Assembly (NCBI GenBank): GCA_002505405.1
Contig: DAVD01000037.1
Location: forward strand, 187 to 64,186
Direction: 5' to 3'
DNA: 64,000 nt
DNA from: Candidatus Poseidonia alphae
GTDB taxonomy: Archaea > Thermoplasmatota > Poseidoniia > Poseidoniales > Poseidoniaceae
Shown here: in pieces, positions 38,058 to 47,501 of the stretch
Layout of the letters: the number at the start of each line of letters is the position of its first letter
Position numbering within the stretch: position 1 is the stretch's first letter
The notes under the pieces: generated by a model
Told to the model about the DNA's origin: nothing
What the model saw: the letters and a program-made list of their open reading frames with translations, nothing else
The model's database searches: none
Program-made: the position numbers and the translations under genes

Positions 38058-38834
38058 TCACTTCTTCTGTTCAGGAATGTCGCCTTTGGTTGAATCTGGG
38101 TTTTCATCACGGCCACCCCATGGAGTCAAGGTCTTGTTGAGACCAAATCTGCGAGAAAAGAGGAACTTCAAGTTCTTCCATCCGTCTCCCCAGGTGTGGA
38201 TTTCAGCATCACCGACACGTGGGCGGTATGGGACTGAGATTTCAACAGCTTTCTTCTTTCCAAGATGTCGGCGTGTGATGATTTTCATTTCCTCACTTAG
38301 AGGCATGCCATCATTGGTTGGGCGAAGTTTTTCATCTTCGAAAATGGATTTCTTAAAAACCCACATTCCGGATTGGGAGTCTTTAACGCCGTATCCAAAC
38401 AAGAGACGCGCAGTGAACGATAGCACCCAATTCCCAAATCCGTGAAGTCCGGACATAGAGCCGTCCTCCGCCATGGATAGCCGGTCACAGGTGATGAATT
38501 CCAACTCATCATCAATGAGTCGCTTGACCAGCTCCGGAACGAGTTCAGCAGGGTACGTACAGTCTGCGTCCATGGTGACAATGATGTCGTTTGATGCAAC
38601 ATCAAACCCAGTTCTGTAAGCGCGTCCGTATCCTTTCCGGTCTTCAAGATGAACACGGATTCCTTTTTCTAAGGCAATTTCACGTGTTCGGTCGGATGAG
38701 TTCCCATCCACGATCATGATCTCTAAATCTTTACACCATCCACGAGGGATGGCATCAATGGTAGGTCCTAGGGCTTCTTCCTCGTTACGAGTAGGTAGGA
38801 TAACCGTCACGGTCACGGGCAACACATCGGCCAT
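38058..38834 (-). CDS. GT2 family glycosyltransferase (dolichyl-phosphate mannose/glucose synthase-like)
   Basis: VTVILPTRNEEEAL, VDGNSSDRT, MDADCTYP (DxD). Confidence 0.8.
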   Translation of the reverse strand: MADVLPVTVTVILPTRNEEEALGPTIDAIPRGWCKDLEIMIVDGNSSDRTREIALEKGIRVHLEDRKGYGRAYRTGFDVASNDIIVTMDADCTYPAELVPELVKRLIDDELEFITCDRLSMAEDGSMSGLHGFGNWVLSFTARLLFGYGVKDSQSGMWVFKKSIFEDEKLRPTNDGMPLSEEMKIITRRHLGKKKAVEISVPYRPRVGDAEIHTWGDGWKNLKFLFSRRFGLNKTLTPWGGRDENPDSTKGDIPEQKK

Positions 38835-38936
38835 GACGCCTCCACCGTTTGGGTGGACTTGAAAGGTTTGGCTTTATTCTCAACAGAAGCAGGCACATCT
38901 TCAATGACATTCAAATGCCCGTTGACCTTGGTTATC

Positions 38937-40205
38937 ATGATGCACATCGCCATGATATCAGCCGAATATCCTCCTCGTTGGGGCGGTATTGGCTCGGTTG
39001 TATTTCACCTGGCGGGGCATCTCGCTGAGCGAGGTCATGACGTTACAGTCATCACGAGAACGCATCAAAAACGAACACCTCGGCAACCCGGAGTCAGTGT
39101 ACTCCATGTCCCCTGGCTCAAGGCACCCATGGCGTTTACCCGCTCATATGGAACACATGCTTTGACCTCTCTTCGCCGACTTCACCTCGAAAAGCCGGTA
39201 GATATTGTCCATGCGCTTCTTCCGTTGGTGAGTTGGAACGAACGGGAGTATGAATGGGTCGAGGAGAACATAGCTCCCGTTGTGTCAGCATTCAATAGGA
39301 GTTGGATTGGTGAGCGAGAAGGGATGAAACTTGCAGCACGTCATAACGAATCAGCAACTTGGAAGACGCTCAATGATTTGGCCATTCTTCTCACTGCGAA
39401 GCATTATGCAAAGTACGAACAGGCAGGCCTTACGGGTTCAACCGTGAGTGTGGCGATTTCGCAGTCAACCAAACATGAATTCAAACGATGGTATAAGCCT
39501 CCCCAGGATTGGAATTGTGAGACAGTTCTCTACGGTGTTGACCACAAAGTGTATCGGCCAGTCAATCATGATGATGAAGAAGATCAACTGGCCTACGAGG
39601 CTATTCGAACCACGTATGACGCTGCCGATGAAGCTGCTCTTATTGGGAAGGCAGATACAGAAACCCCTCTCTTGCTTGCAGTTGGGAGATTGGTCGCTCG
39701 CAAAGGCCACCGAACCCTTTTGCGGGCCATGCCTGAAATCCTCAAGTCCCACCCTGGTGCCAAATTGGTCATCATCGGCAGGGGCCACATGCGCAATACA
39801 TTGATTCGACAAGCCAAACGCTTGGGAATTGGCCATGCGGTATCGATTCAACCGGGCATGAACTTTGACCGTCTTGCCTTGCATTTCCGTTCAGCAGATT
39901 TGGCCATTTATCCCTCATATTACGAAGGTCAAGGCCTTATCCCCCTCGAAGCACTAGCGAGCGGAACGCCGGTGATCACGGTGAACCAAGCGCCCTTGAC
40001 GGAGATGATTGACTCGACGGTTGGAGGCCTGTTCAACCGTGGCGACCCTGCTGATTTGGCGCGAAGCGTCATTGAATCTCTCAATCAACCGGATGCCCGA
40101 ACACAACAAGCACAACTCGGACGAGACCGTGTGCTGGGGAAGTACACTTACGAGCACAACGCAGAGGCATACGAGGCCATTTACTTGCGTGCCATTGAGT
40201 ATTGA
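38937..40205 (+). CDS. Glycosyltransferase, GT4-like
   Basis: ISAEYPPRWGGIGSVVFHLAGHLAERGHDVTVIT; YYEGQGLIPLEALASGTPVITV. ATG 38937 is preferred over the upstream GTG at 38853. Confidence 0.8.
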   Translation: MMHIAMISAEYPPRWGGIGSVVFHLAGHLAERGHDVTVITRTHQKRTPRQPGVSVLHVPWLKAPMAFTRSYGTHALTSLRRLHLEKPVDIVHALLPLVSWNEREYEWVEENIAPVVSAFNRSWIGEREGMKLAARHNESATWKTLNDLAILLTAKHYAKYEQAGLTGSTVSVAISQSTKHEFKRWYKPPQDWNCETVLYGVDHKVYRPVNHDDEEDQLAYEAIRTTYDAADEAALIGKADTETPLLLAVGRLVARKGHRTLLRAMPEILKSHPGAKLVIIGRGHMRNTLIRQAKRLGIGHAVSIQPGMNFDRLALHFRSADLAIYPSYYEGQGLIPLEALASGTPVITVNQAPLTEMIDSTVGGLFNRGDPADLARSVIESLNQPDARTQQAQLGRDRVLGKYTYEHNAEAYEAIYLRAIEY

Positions 40206-40242
40206 ATCACATCTCAGCGCCTTGAATTGCCTTGACATTGAA

Positions 40243-40260
40243 GCGGAAGGTCATTATTCC
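40243..40260 (+). promoter_or_regulatory. Putative BRE/TATA promoter element GCGGAAGGTCATTATTCC, 38 nt upstream of ATG 40281
   Basis: 17 of 18 nt are identical to 41765-41782, at the same distance from the paralog ATG. The TCATTATT core is centred 26.5 nt upstream of the ATG. Confidence 0.5.
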
Positions 40261-40280
40261 CCGAGGGGTTCGCGAGGAAC

Positions 40281-41753
40281 ATGCAGGCAAAGGCAGTGTT
40301 CCTGGCTCTCATCATCGCAACGGTTTCTTTATCAGGTTGTTTTGGTGACCAAACCGATGAAGTCGTTGTTCCAGAGGTTGAACCAAACAACGACGGCACC
40401 TTCGTGACCGATAAGTCGGGAATGGCCGTTAATGAACCCCTATTGGATATGGAATTCTTCTTCAGCGATGTTGGAGAAGACGGCCCCGAACCAAGTCTTG
40501 GTATTACTTCCAGTGGCTGTATCTTCTTCATCGCTATGGAAAAACCAATGCGTTCCTGTGATGGTGGTCAGACATGGGAAAACATGGCGGATATCACACA
40601 AGCCCCGTTTACCAGTGATCCTTACGGCTGGGTTGACCCTGTAACAGATCGAGTCTTCAACATCCACATGATGGGGCTTGAATCCACTTGGATTGGATGG
40701 TCAGATAACGATGGTGAATCGTGGCTCGGTAATCCTCATGACTCAGGAACAACACCCCTTAATGACCACATTAAGTTGGCTTCCGGTCCTTGGATTGATA
40801 GTGCCTATGGAGCGATTGGCCAACTGAATCCAACCTACGAGACAGCAGTGTATTTCTGCTTCAATAAATTGGTTGGTATTTCTTGCTTTACCAGTTTTGA
40901 TGGAGGCGCTTCTTTCGAGGTAGGCGGAGATATTGTTGGTTTGGCTTCAACCAACGGCGGGTTGCATGGAGCGATTACAACATCTCCAGATGGTACGGTT
41001 TACCTCACCCCCCGGGTTCCGACTCCGACGATATTGATGTCCAAAGACAACGGTTTGAATTGGGAAGAGAGAACCATGGGAGCCGATGCAGGAACCCCCA
41101 ACCCTCGTAAGAATTCGGAAGTGGGTACTGACTCAGAATCAAATGCGTATCACGTTTGGACCGGCGAAGACCAAGGGATCTACATGTCAACAAGTGTTGA
41201 CTCAGGAGAATCTTGGGCTCAAGATAGCATGCGCATCAGTCCAATTGAAGTCATTTCAACCACCTTCCCTCAAATTGACGCTGGTGACCCAGGGCGAATC
41301 GCAGTCACCTATCTCGGCAGTGAAAATACATCGCTTCTCGGCACAACCGACATCGATGGGAACAATTGGACTGGAAATGGACATTATGCTCCAAATGGCG
41401 TCCATTACCACCTCTACATCACCTACAGCCTCAACGCTCTGGATGAAAATCCAACCTTCCACACCATGCGAGTCACTCAAGACCCCGTTCAGGTTGGGGC
41501 TATGTGCCTCAACAGCGGAGATTGCCGCAGCGATCAAGGTGGTTCTAATCGTAACCTTCTTGATTTTAACGACCTGCATATTGACCTTGAAGGTCGGGTT
41601 TATGTTGCCTTTGCAGACGGTTGTATCGCTGAATGTGCATCGATGGACACACCTACTCCAGCCGATTCACGAACCAGCATGGGTGGAATGTATTACCTCG
41701 CCAAGGGACCGAGTCTCCTCCTGGAAAAGGGTGAACTTTCGCCATTGGTTTGA
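40281..41753 (+). CDS. Secreted BNR/Asp-box repeat (sialidase-like beta-propeller) lipoprotein, paralog 1
   Basis: Signal plus lipobox MQAKAVFLALIIATVSLSGCFG. Asp-boxes: SCDGGQTW, SDNDGESW, SFDGGASF, SKDNGLNW, SVDSGESW. Confidence 0.75.
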   Translation: MQAKAVFLALIIATVSLSGCFGDQTDEVVVPEVEPNNDGTFVTDKSGMAVNEPLLDMEFFFSDVGEDGPEPSLGITSSGCIFFIAMEKPMRSCDGGQTWENMADITQAPFTSDPYGWVDPVTDRVFNIHMMGLESTWIGWSDNDGESWLGNPHDSGTTPLNDHIKLASGPWIDSAYGAIGQLNPTYETAVYFCFNKLVGISCFTSFDGGASFEVGGDIVGLASTNGGLHGAITTSPDGTVYLTPRVPTPTILMSKDNGLNWEERTMGADAGTPNPRKNSEVGTDSESNAYHVWTGEDQGIYMSTSVDSGESWAQDSMRISPIEVISTTFPQIDAGDPGRIAVTYLGSENTSLLGTTDIDGNNWTGNGHYAPNGVHYHLYITYSLNALDENPTFHTMRVTQDPVQVGAMCLNSGDCRSDQGGSNRNLLDFNDLHIDLEGRVYVAFADGCIAECASMDTPTPADSRTSMGGMYYLAKGPSLLLEKGELSPLV

Positions 41754-41764
41754 TATCAGTTCAT

Positions 41765-41782
41765 GCGGAAGGTCATTATCCC
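41765..41782 (+). promoter_or_regulatory. Putative BRE/TATA promoter element GCGGAAGGTCATTATCCC, 38 nt upstream of ATG 41803
   Basis: Duplicate of 40243-40260. Confidence 0.5.
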
Positions 41783-41802
41783 AATGACGATTCGGCTTTA
41801 CT

Positions 41803-43248
41803 ATGCAAGCAAGAGCTTTGTTTCTCTCTTTCATGGTTGTAACCCTCTCTTTATCGGGTTGCTTTGGTGAGAATGAGGCAAGTAAATCAACCGAGGAGCC
41901 TACTCCCTTTGACTCGCTTCCAAGTACAACCACCTGGTATCACTACCCCGGTGGAATTAACGCAACCAATGCATCAATTGGCTTTGAAAATTTAACCGGT
42001 AATTCGACTCCTTATCCCGCCCTAGGCACTTACTATGGAATTGGCGACACGACCTTTGAGCCAACCATTGGAGTGACTTCTACGGGGGGCATTCATTTCG
42101 CATCTTTTGGAGGTGCAGGCTCTGGGACCATGGTCTATAGTTCAATGGACCAAGGGCAAACATGGAACAATATGGGGCCCTTTAATCCAATCTTGCCGAT
42201 TGAAGTTGGGCAAGTCCCTTCATCCAACGACCCTTACATTTACGTTGACAAGTGGACCGATCGAATCGTCAAATTCGACATGCACGCGCTCACCGCTATG
42301 TTTGTAGAATACTCCGATGATGACGGCGAAACATGGTCCATTCCTTTCTCTGCAGAAGGGTACTACAGCCCACAAGACCACCAATCAATTGCTTCTATGC
42401 CCGACGTTGACGGTATAGGGCTCTACGATACGATCTTTGTGTTCTGCATCAACACTGGAAGTTCGGCTGCTGGGCCGCAATGCTCCCGCTCGCTTGACGG
42501 GGCGCATACATGGGACATTCAACGTCCAGGGTACCCGACAGGGACCGCTCAGTGTTCAGGCTTGCACGGTCACCTTGCAGGTTCCAACGATGGAGCAATT
42601 TATCGCGGCAACCCATCGTGCGATGGGCCTGCTGTGTACCGAAGTATTGACGGTGGCTATTCATGGACTGAGCACACCATTACCACCGAGGTTCCAATGC
42701 AGGACGGATGGCACAGCCACGAAGTTGCTGTTGCAACCGATGAAGCTGGAAATCTCTTCGCATCTTGGATCAGTGTAGACCAAATGCCCTGGATGGCTTA
42801 TTCAAGGGACCAAGGCGAAACCTGGTCTGAACCCATGATGGTTGCACCACCGGAAGTGACGGAAACGGGATTCCCTACGATTTTCGCCGGAGACGAAGGG
42901 CGTGTTGTTGTCGGGTACATTGGGGAGAACGTCGATAACGGCGGATGGTCCGGCTACATGTCGGTCATGACCGATGCGTTCGCAGATAATCCGCTCATTA
43001 CCTCAGTAGCGGTCAATGCCCCAGATGACCCGTTGGACTCTACAGATGATTGTGGAAACGTTCGCTGTGGCGGGTTTGGAGATTTCATCGATGTTGAATT
43101 GGACGATGAGGGCCGCCCGTGGATTGCGCTCGCCCACAACGTCAACGGCGAACTTGGAATCGTAGGGACCTATGTTTACGGGCCAGCATTGTACGGTGAC
43201 TTGATGTTGCTTCCTGAGATTACTGCCGGTGGCCCCTCAACGTTGTGA
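41803..43248 (+). CDS. Secreted BNR/Asp-box repeat (sialidase-like beta-propeller) lipoprotein, paralog 2
   Basis: MQARALFLSFMVVTLSLSGCFG. Asp-boxes: SMDQGQTW, SDDDGETW, SLDGAHTW, SIDGGYSW, SRDQGETW. Confidence 0.75.
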   Translation: MQARALFLSFMVVTLSLSGCFGENEASKSTEEPTPFDSLPSTTTWYHYPGGINATNASIGFENLTGNSTPYPALGTYYGIGDTTFEPTIGVTSTGGIHFASFGGAGSGTMVYSSMDQGQTWNNMGPFNPILPIEVGQVPSSNDPYIYVDKWTDRIVKFDMHALTAMFVEYSDDDGETWSIPFSAEGYYSPQDHQSIASMPDVDGIGLYDTIFVFCINTGSSAAGPQCSRSLDGAHTWDIQRPGYPTGTAQCSGLHGHLAGSNDGAIYRGNPSCDGPAVYRSIDGGYSWTEHTITTEVPMQDGWHSHEVAVATDEAGNLFASWISVDQMPWMAYSRDQGETWSEPMMVAPPEVTETGFPTIFAGDEGRVVVGYIGENVDNGGWSGYMSVMTDAFADNPLITSVAVNAPDDPLDSTDDCGNVRCGGFGDFIDVELDDEGRPWIALAHNVNGELGIVGTYVYGPALYGDLMLLPEITAGGPSTL

Positions 43249-43252
43249 GTGA

Positions 43253-43492
43253 ATGGCACTGCTGAACCTTTGGTCATTGTCTCATTTTGCGATATGGTCC
43301 ACTGCTGGCCGTTGGACGAACCTCAACTGGACCGTGTTTTTCGTGCTCTCCATTTCTTGGGAATGCTTTGAATGGGTCATTGACGGTCAACCGTGGGCTT
43401 CGTTCGCTGTAGAACCGCTGGAGAACAAACTATCAGACCTTGTTGTGAACACGGTTGGGTTCTGGCTGGGTAGGCGCTTGAAAATCGATTGA
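43253..43492 (+). CDS. Small hypothetical membrane protein (79 aa)
   Basis: Two or three hydrophobic, Trp-rich segments. Starts 4 nt after the preceding stop. Confidence 0.45.
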   Translation: MALLNLWSLSHFAIWSTAGRWTNLNWTVFFVLSISWECFEWVIDGQPWASFAVEPLENKLSDLVVNTVGFWLGRRLKID

Positions 43493-43544
43493 AGGACACC
43501 GAAACGTTGGTGCCCAAATTCTTCCAAACGTTGGAAGGTGTTGT

Positions 43545-44540
43545 TTACGAAGTAAACAGCCGTGCTTTGACCTTCCGCAGATTTAGTCTCGCACCGAGGA
43601 GAACCTTCCGCCAGAGTGAAAGTCGAACAGGTTGACTGAAGACATCACCGGACCGACGAACGATTTCCCCGAGTATGGATTGGTAAGCATCGGACATAAT
43701 TTCGGGCTGTACTCGGGCTCGTGCATCAAGGTATCCAAACAGGTGGTTTGCGGATTCACGATGACGTTTAATCATCTCAACATATTCAATGATGAACCCT
43801 TTCCATGAGAGAGATTTAGCAACATTAGGCCGTTGCAAGTCGTCAATCGAAATGCCATGAGATGCAAGAATGTCGAGAGGAAGGTAGACTCGGCCACGCT
43901 CCATATCTTCGTTGATGTCTCGTAAAACATTGATCAATTGCATTTGAATTCCAAGGTCAACGGCGTGGAGTTGGGCTGCTCTGTCTTCATAGCCATAGAT
44001 CTCAATCAAGATGAGGCCAACAGCTGACGCAACCTTGTAACAGTACGAGCGCAGTTCATCCCAAGTTTTGTTTTGTACTGGATAAAGGTCGTCTTCCATT
44101 CCTTCGAGGACAGTTTCAAAGTCGTGGATTTTGATTGGGAACCTTCCAAATACATCTTGTAAGGCGATAAAAATTGGATGATCGCTGGAGGTGATTTCAT
44201 TTTCTTTGGCCTTATGGATTTTGATTCGTATGTCGACCAGCGCCATCAGGCGTCGGCGGTGCTCCTCGTCAGGGAGCGTTGGTTCCTTACCGTCATGAAT
44301 CTCGCTAATGATGCGTTGACGTGCATCGGTGGCCTCACGGAGTGAATTTGTTTCCAAAATAGAAGGTTCTTCATCTCCGTCGACGATGTCATCCACCCAA
44401 CGGCAGAGTGCGTAGACGGCATGAACGGCTCTTCTCTTGTCGTACTGTAAAGCAGAAAACGATGAAAAGAAGGTTGTGGATGCTTCACGGCACACCGCCT
44501 CGCAATAGCGAAACGCATTGTCTATCAGCAACTGCCTCAT
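43545..44540 (-). CDS. crtB: Phytoene synthase
   Basis: YALCRWVDDIVD (first Asp-rich motif), LRDINEDMERGRVYLP (second). Confidence 0.85.
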   Translation of the reverse strand: MRQLLIDNAFRYCEAVCREASTTFFSSFSALQYDKRRAVHAVYALCRWVDDIVDGDEEPSILETNSLREATDARQRIISEIHDGKEPTLPDEEHRRRLMALVDIRIKIHKAKENEITSSDHPIFIALQDVFGRFPIKIHDFETVLEGMEDDLYPVQNKTWDELRSYCYKVASAVGLILIEIYGYEDRAAQLHAVDLGIQMQLINVLRDINEDMERGRVYLPLDILASHGISIDDLQRPNVAKSLSWKGFIIEYVEMIKRHRESANHLFGYLDARARVQPEIMSDAYQSILGEIVRRSGDVFSQPVRLSLWRKVLLGARLNLRKVKARLFTS

Positions 44541-44549
44541 GGTGATCCC

Positions 44550-46163
44550 TCAAGCGCTCGTTGGTGTTCCCGGAAGGTTTTCTTTTCGCTTTTGTTTGAG
44601 TGCATTCCGCCCTTGCTTGGAGCGCTTTCGGCTCTCAAACCACGTGTCAACTCCGTTCCAGTCAGGAATGATCCCTAGACTATCAAGAAGCAATTTGCTG
44701 CTGATTCGGGCCGACTCATAGATGACTGGCAGTCCACTTCCAGGATGTGTTCCGCCACCAACAAGGTACAGGTTTGCGATTTCGTCAAATTGATTCTTTG
44801 GTCGGCGCCACAGCATTTGGTCGAGGCCGTGAGCGAGGTTGAATACCGCTCCACGATAGCAGTGGTCGCCCCAATCTTCTGGAGTGATGACGAGTTCGGT
44901 TTGGATGTGCTCGCGAATGTTTTCAAAGCCGAGTTTGGCTTCAATTTGGTCAATGATTCGGTCTCGGTATGCGTCCTTTTCTTCTTCCCAGTTGATGTTT
45001 TCGTGAATGTGCGATACTGGGACGAGGGCATAGATGGTGGAACACCCTTCAGGGGCCAGACCGGGGTCGGTAACACATGCGTTCTGGACATAGACCGAGG
45101 GGTCGTCCCATGTGATTCTGTGATGTTCCTCAATGTCTTCAAGATTGGATTCGTAATTTTCTGAGGCATAGATTTGGTGATGCGGAAGGTTGTCAAATGT
45201 TTTGTTAACGCCGAGATAGAGCATGAAGGTGGAACAAGAGTACTTTTTCTTGTCCAATTTTTTATTGTTCCACTTCTTTCGAGACTTGTCAGGGAACAGT
45301 TGTGTCATTCCGTTAGCAAAGTCGGCGTTCATGATGACTCGGTCAGCGAGGAAATCGCCCTCTTTTGTGGTCACTCCCTTGATCGCTTTTCCATCCATGA
45401 TCACCTTCTCGACTTCTTCTTCCATGCGGAAGGTAACACCAAGGTCACGTGCTATGCCCGCCATGCGTTCACTAACGCTGCCGAGTCCACCCATGGGATG
45501 GAAGATTCCGTATTCGTATTCAAGATAAGCAAGCATGGTAAACAGGCTGGGGCAATTGAAGGGTGACATTCCCAAATACTTGGTTTGGAACGACATAGCA
45601 AGCATGAGGCGGTCATCATCAAAGAGTTTCATCAGGTCACCAGCCACGCTTCGTTGTGGGCGGAGCACACTCGCAACGCGGAAGGCTCGCTTTGAGAGCA
45701 GGTCGGTTGGGCCGTACCAAGGCTCTTGTAGGCATGCTTTGGACTTGTTGAGTTTGTTGCTGTTGTCCTCAACGTAGCGCTTGAATGCCTCAGCATTGCT
45801 GTCACCAGAAAGGGTTCGAATTCGCTCGGTCATCTCAGTGAGGTCGCTTGTGCAATCAAGTTGACCTCCTTGTCCGAAAATGAGGCGGTAGTTCATGTCA
45901 AGTTTGTTGAGTTTCAGTTCTTCATGGGCATCCATTCCAATGGCTTTGAAGATGTCTTCAATCACTTCGGGATAGTGGAAAAATGTTGGGCCAAGGTCGA
46001 ACTTATAGCCATCTCGCTCAAACACCTTATTCCGGCCACCAACAGCCTTAGAACGCTCAAAAACGGTAACGTCAACGCCGGATTTTGCAAGCAAGAGGGA
46101 GGATGCAAGACCTCCGGGTCCCGCCCCGATTATAGCCACTTTTGGTCGTGCAGTCGTGCTCAT
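44550..46163 (-). CDS. crtI: Phytoene desaturase (CrtI family)
   Basis: VAIIGAGPGGLASSLLLAKSGVDVTVFE FAD loop. C-terminal LYLVGGGTHPGSGLP. Confidence 0.85.
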   Translation of the reverse strand: MSTTARPKVAIIGAGPGGLASSLLLAKSGVDVTVFERSKAVGGRNKVFERDGYKFDLGPTFFHYPEVIEDIFKAIGMDAHEELKLNKLDMNYRLIFGQGGQLDCTSDLTEMTERIRTLSGDSNAEAFKRYVEDNSNKLNKSKACLQEPWYGPTDLLSKRAFRVASVLRPQRSVAGDLMKLFDDDRLMLAMSFQTKYLGMSPFNCPSLFTMLAYLEYEYGIFHPMGGLGSVSERMAGIARDLGVTFRMEEEVEKVIMDGKAIKGVTTKEGDFLADRVIMNADFANGMTQLFPDKSRKKWNNKKLDKKKYSCSTFMLYLGVNKTFDNLPHHQIYASENYESNLEDIEEHHRITWDDPSVYVQNACVTDPGLAPEGCSTIYALVPVSHIHENINWEEEKDAYRDRIIDQIEAKLGFENIREHIQTELVITPEDWGDHCYRGAVFNLAHGLDQMLWRRPKNQFDEIANLYLVGGGTHPGSGLPVIYESARISSKLLLDSLGIIPDWNGVDTWFESRKRSKQGRNALKQKRKENLPGTPTSA

Positions 46164-46185
46164 AGCTTATGTGGATTCGATTGGA

Positions 46186-46193
46186 CATATAAA
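46186..46193 (-). promoter_or_regulatory. TATA box TTTATATG (minus strand) for crtI-crtB
   Basis: Box centre is 26.5 nt upstream of the A of the crtI ATG (46163). The same octamer precedes ribA. Confidence 0.55.
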
Positions 46194-46254
46194 GGCAGGT
46201 TTTTAGCCGCAAATTTATGAAGCCGGAAAATATCATTATTGCGCGCCAAAGAGG

Positions 46255-47484
46255 TCACTTGATAATTGAATGAGGGTCAATCAAAACCGAGAATTCATCA
46301 AGATACGGCCCCATTGAGCTGATAAGGTCAACTTCAGGGTGCCCTTTGAGCACCATTCCATCCATGTACATGAGGGAACGAATAATTGGAAATGCTTCTT
46401 CGCCGAAGGAACATCCCGCCAGTACAGCAGCCTTGACCGTCTTCATCATCTGCTCGGTGAGGGAGACTTCACTCACGGAAGTACCAACAAACCCGTCGTA
46501 GAGGCTGTTCATGGAATCGTAATATGTCTGAAGTGTTTTCCCAGTGGGTTGAACGTCCGCCATCGTAAGCATGGCATCGTAAGCGTGACGCAGTTCCCCT
46601 TTGGCGAGGAAGTAGAAGAATCCAAACAAAGCATTCCGGACATGATCCGGAGCGTTGCAAATCGCTCCAGTATCAATAAAGATGAAGTTGCCTTTGTCGT
46701 CCATCATCGCGTTACCGGGATGAAGGTCGCCATGGAATGTGCCGATTCCGAACATAAACGCTCCATGGATGCGAAACAATTCAAGCATGTCGGGCCAACT
46801 GAGCGTTCCCTCCGCCAGGTGTTGCTCAAGGGTAGGGTGAACGATTTCTTCCATAACGAGTACGTGGCGGTTCGAGAGTTCATCCCACATTTTTGGGAAA
46901 CGAAGCTTAGGCATAGGGAAGTTCTTCTCGATTTCGTCCGCCTTGGAGATCAAGTCGTTCCGCCCCGATATCTCATTTGTAAGGTTTAACTCACGAAGTG
47001 TGTAATCTTCGATGTGAGCCAAAAGTCCAATCGGGTTGCCCACCTTTCTCAGTTTACGACGGAAGAACAGCCCAATCGTTATCCATCGCTTCATGCGTCG
47101 TACGTCTCGTTTGAACGAGACTTCAAAATCGGCTTTGATGATTTTGACGACGACCTTACTCCCATCGTTGAGGACACCGCGATGAATTTGCCCGATGCTA
47201 GCGGCAGCAAAGGGTTCCTTGTCCAGACTTTTGAAATGGTCCATGAACCCCGAAGGAGCGAACCGTTGGAGTAGATTTTGCGAATCTTCCGTTGGAATGG
47301 TTGCTCCTCTGCTGTACAACTGCTGGAGCTCTATGCAGCGGTCGGGGTCAATAAGGTCGGGCCGAAGGGCAAAGATTTGGCCAAGCTTGACCGCCAACAA
47401 GCCCATGGATTGTATGGCATCGACATCGATTGGTTTTTTCCCCTTCAGTTGCCGGAAGAAGCGAAGGAAGGTCAAGAGTTTCAT
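46255..47484 (-). CDS. ABC1/UbiB (aarF-domain) atypical protein kinase family protein
   Basis: KLGQIFALRPDLI, AAASIGQIHRG, HGDLHPGNAM. Confidence 0.8.
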   Translation of the reverse strand: MKLLTFLRFFRQLKGKKPIDVDAIQSMGLLAVKLGQIFALRPDLIDPDRCIELQQLYSRGATIPTEDSQNLLQRFAPSGFMDHFKSLDKEPFAAASIGQIHRGVLNDGSKVVVKIIKADFEVSFKRDVRRMKRWITIGLFFRRKLRKVGNPIGLLAHIEDYTLRELNLTNEISGRNDLISKADEIEKNFPMPKLRFPKMWDELSNRHVLVMEEIVHPTLEQHLAEGTLSWPDMLELFRIHGAFMFGIGTFHGDLHPGNAMMDDKGNFIFIDTGAICNAPDHVRNALFGFFYFLAKGELRHAYDAMLTMADVQPTGKTLQTYYDSMNSLYDGFVGTSVSEVSLTEQMMKTVKAAVLAGCSFGEEAFPIIRSLMYMDGMVLKGHPEVDLISSMGPYLDEFSVLIDPHSIIK

Positions 47485-47501
47485 GGCCGTTCACCTTTGG
47501 T

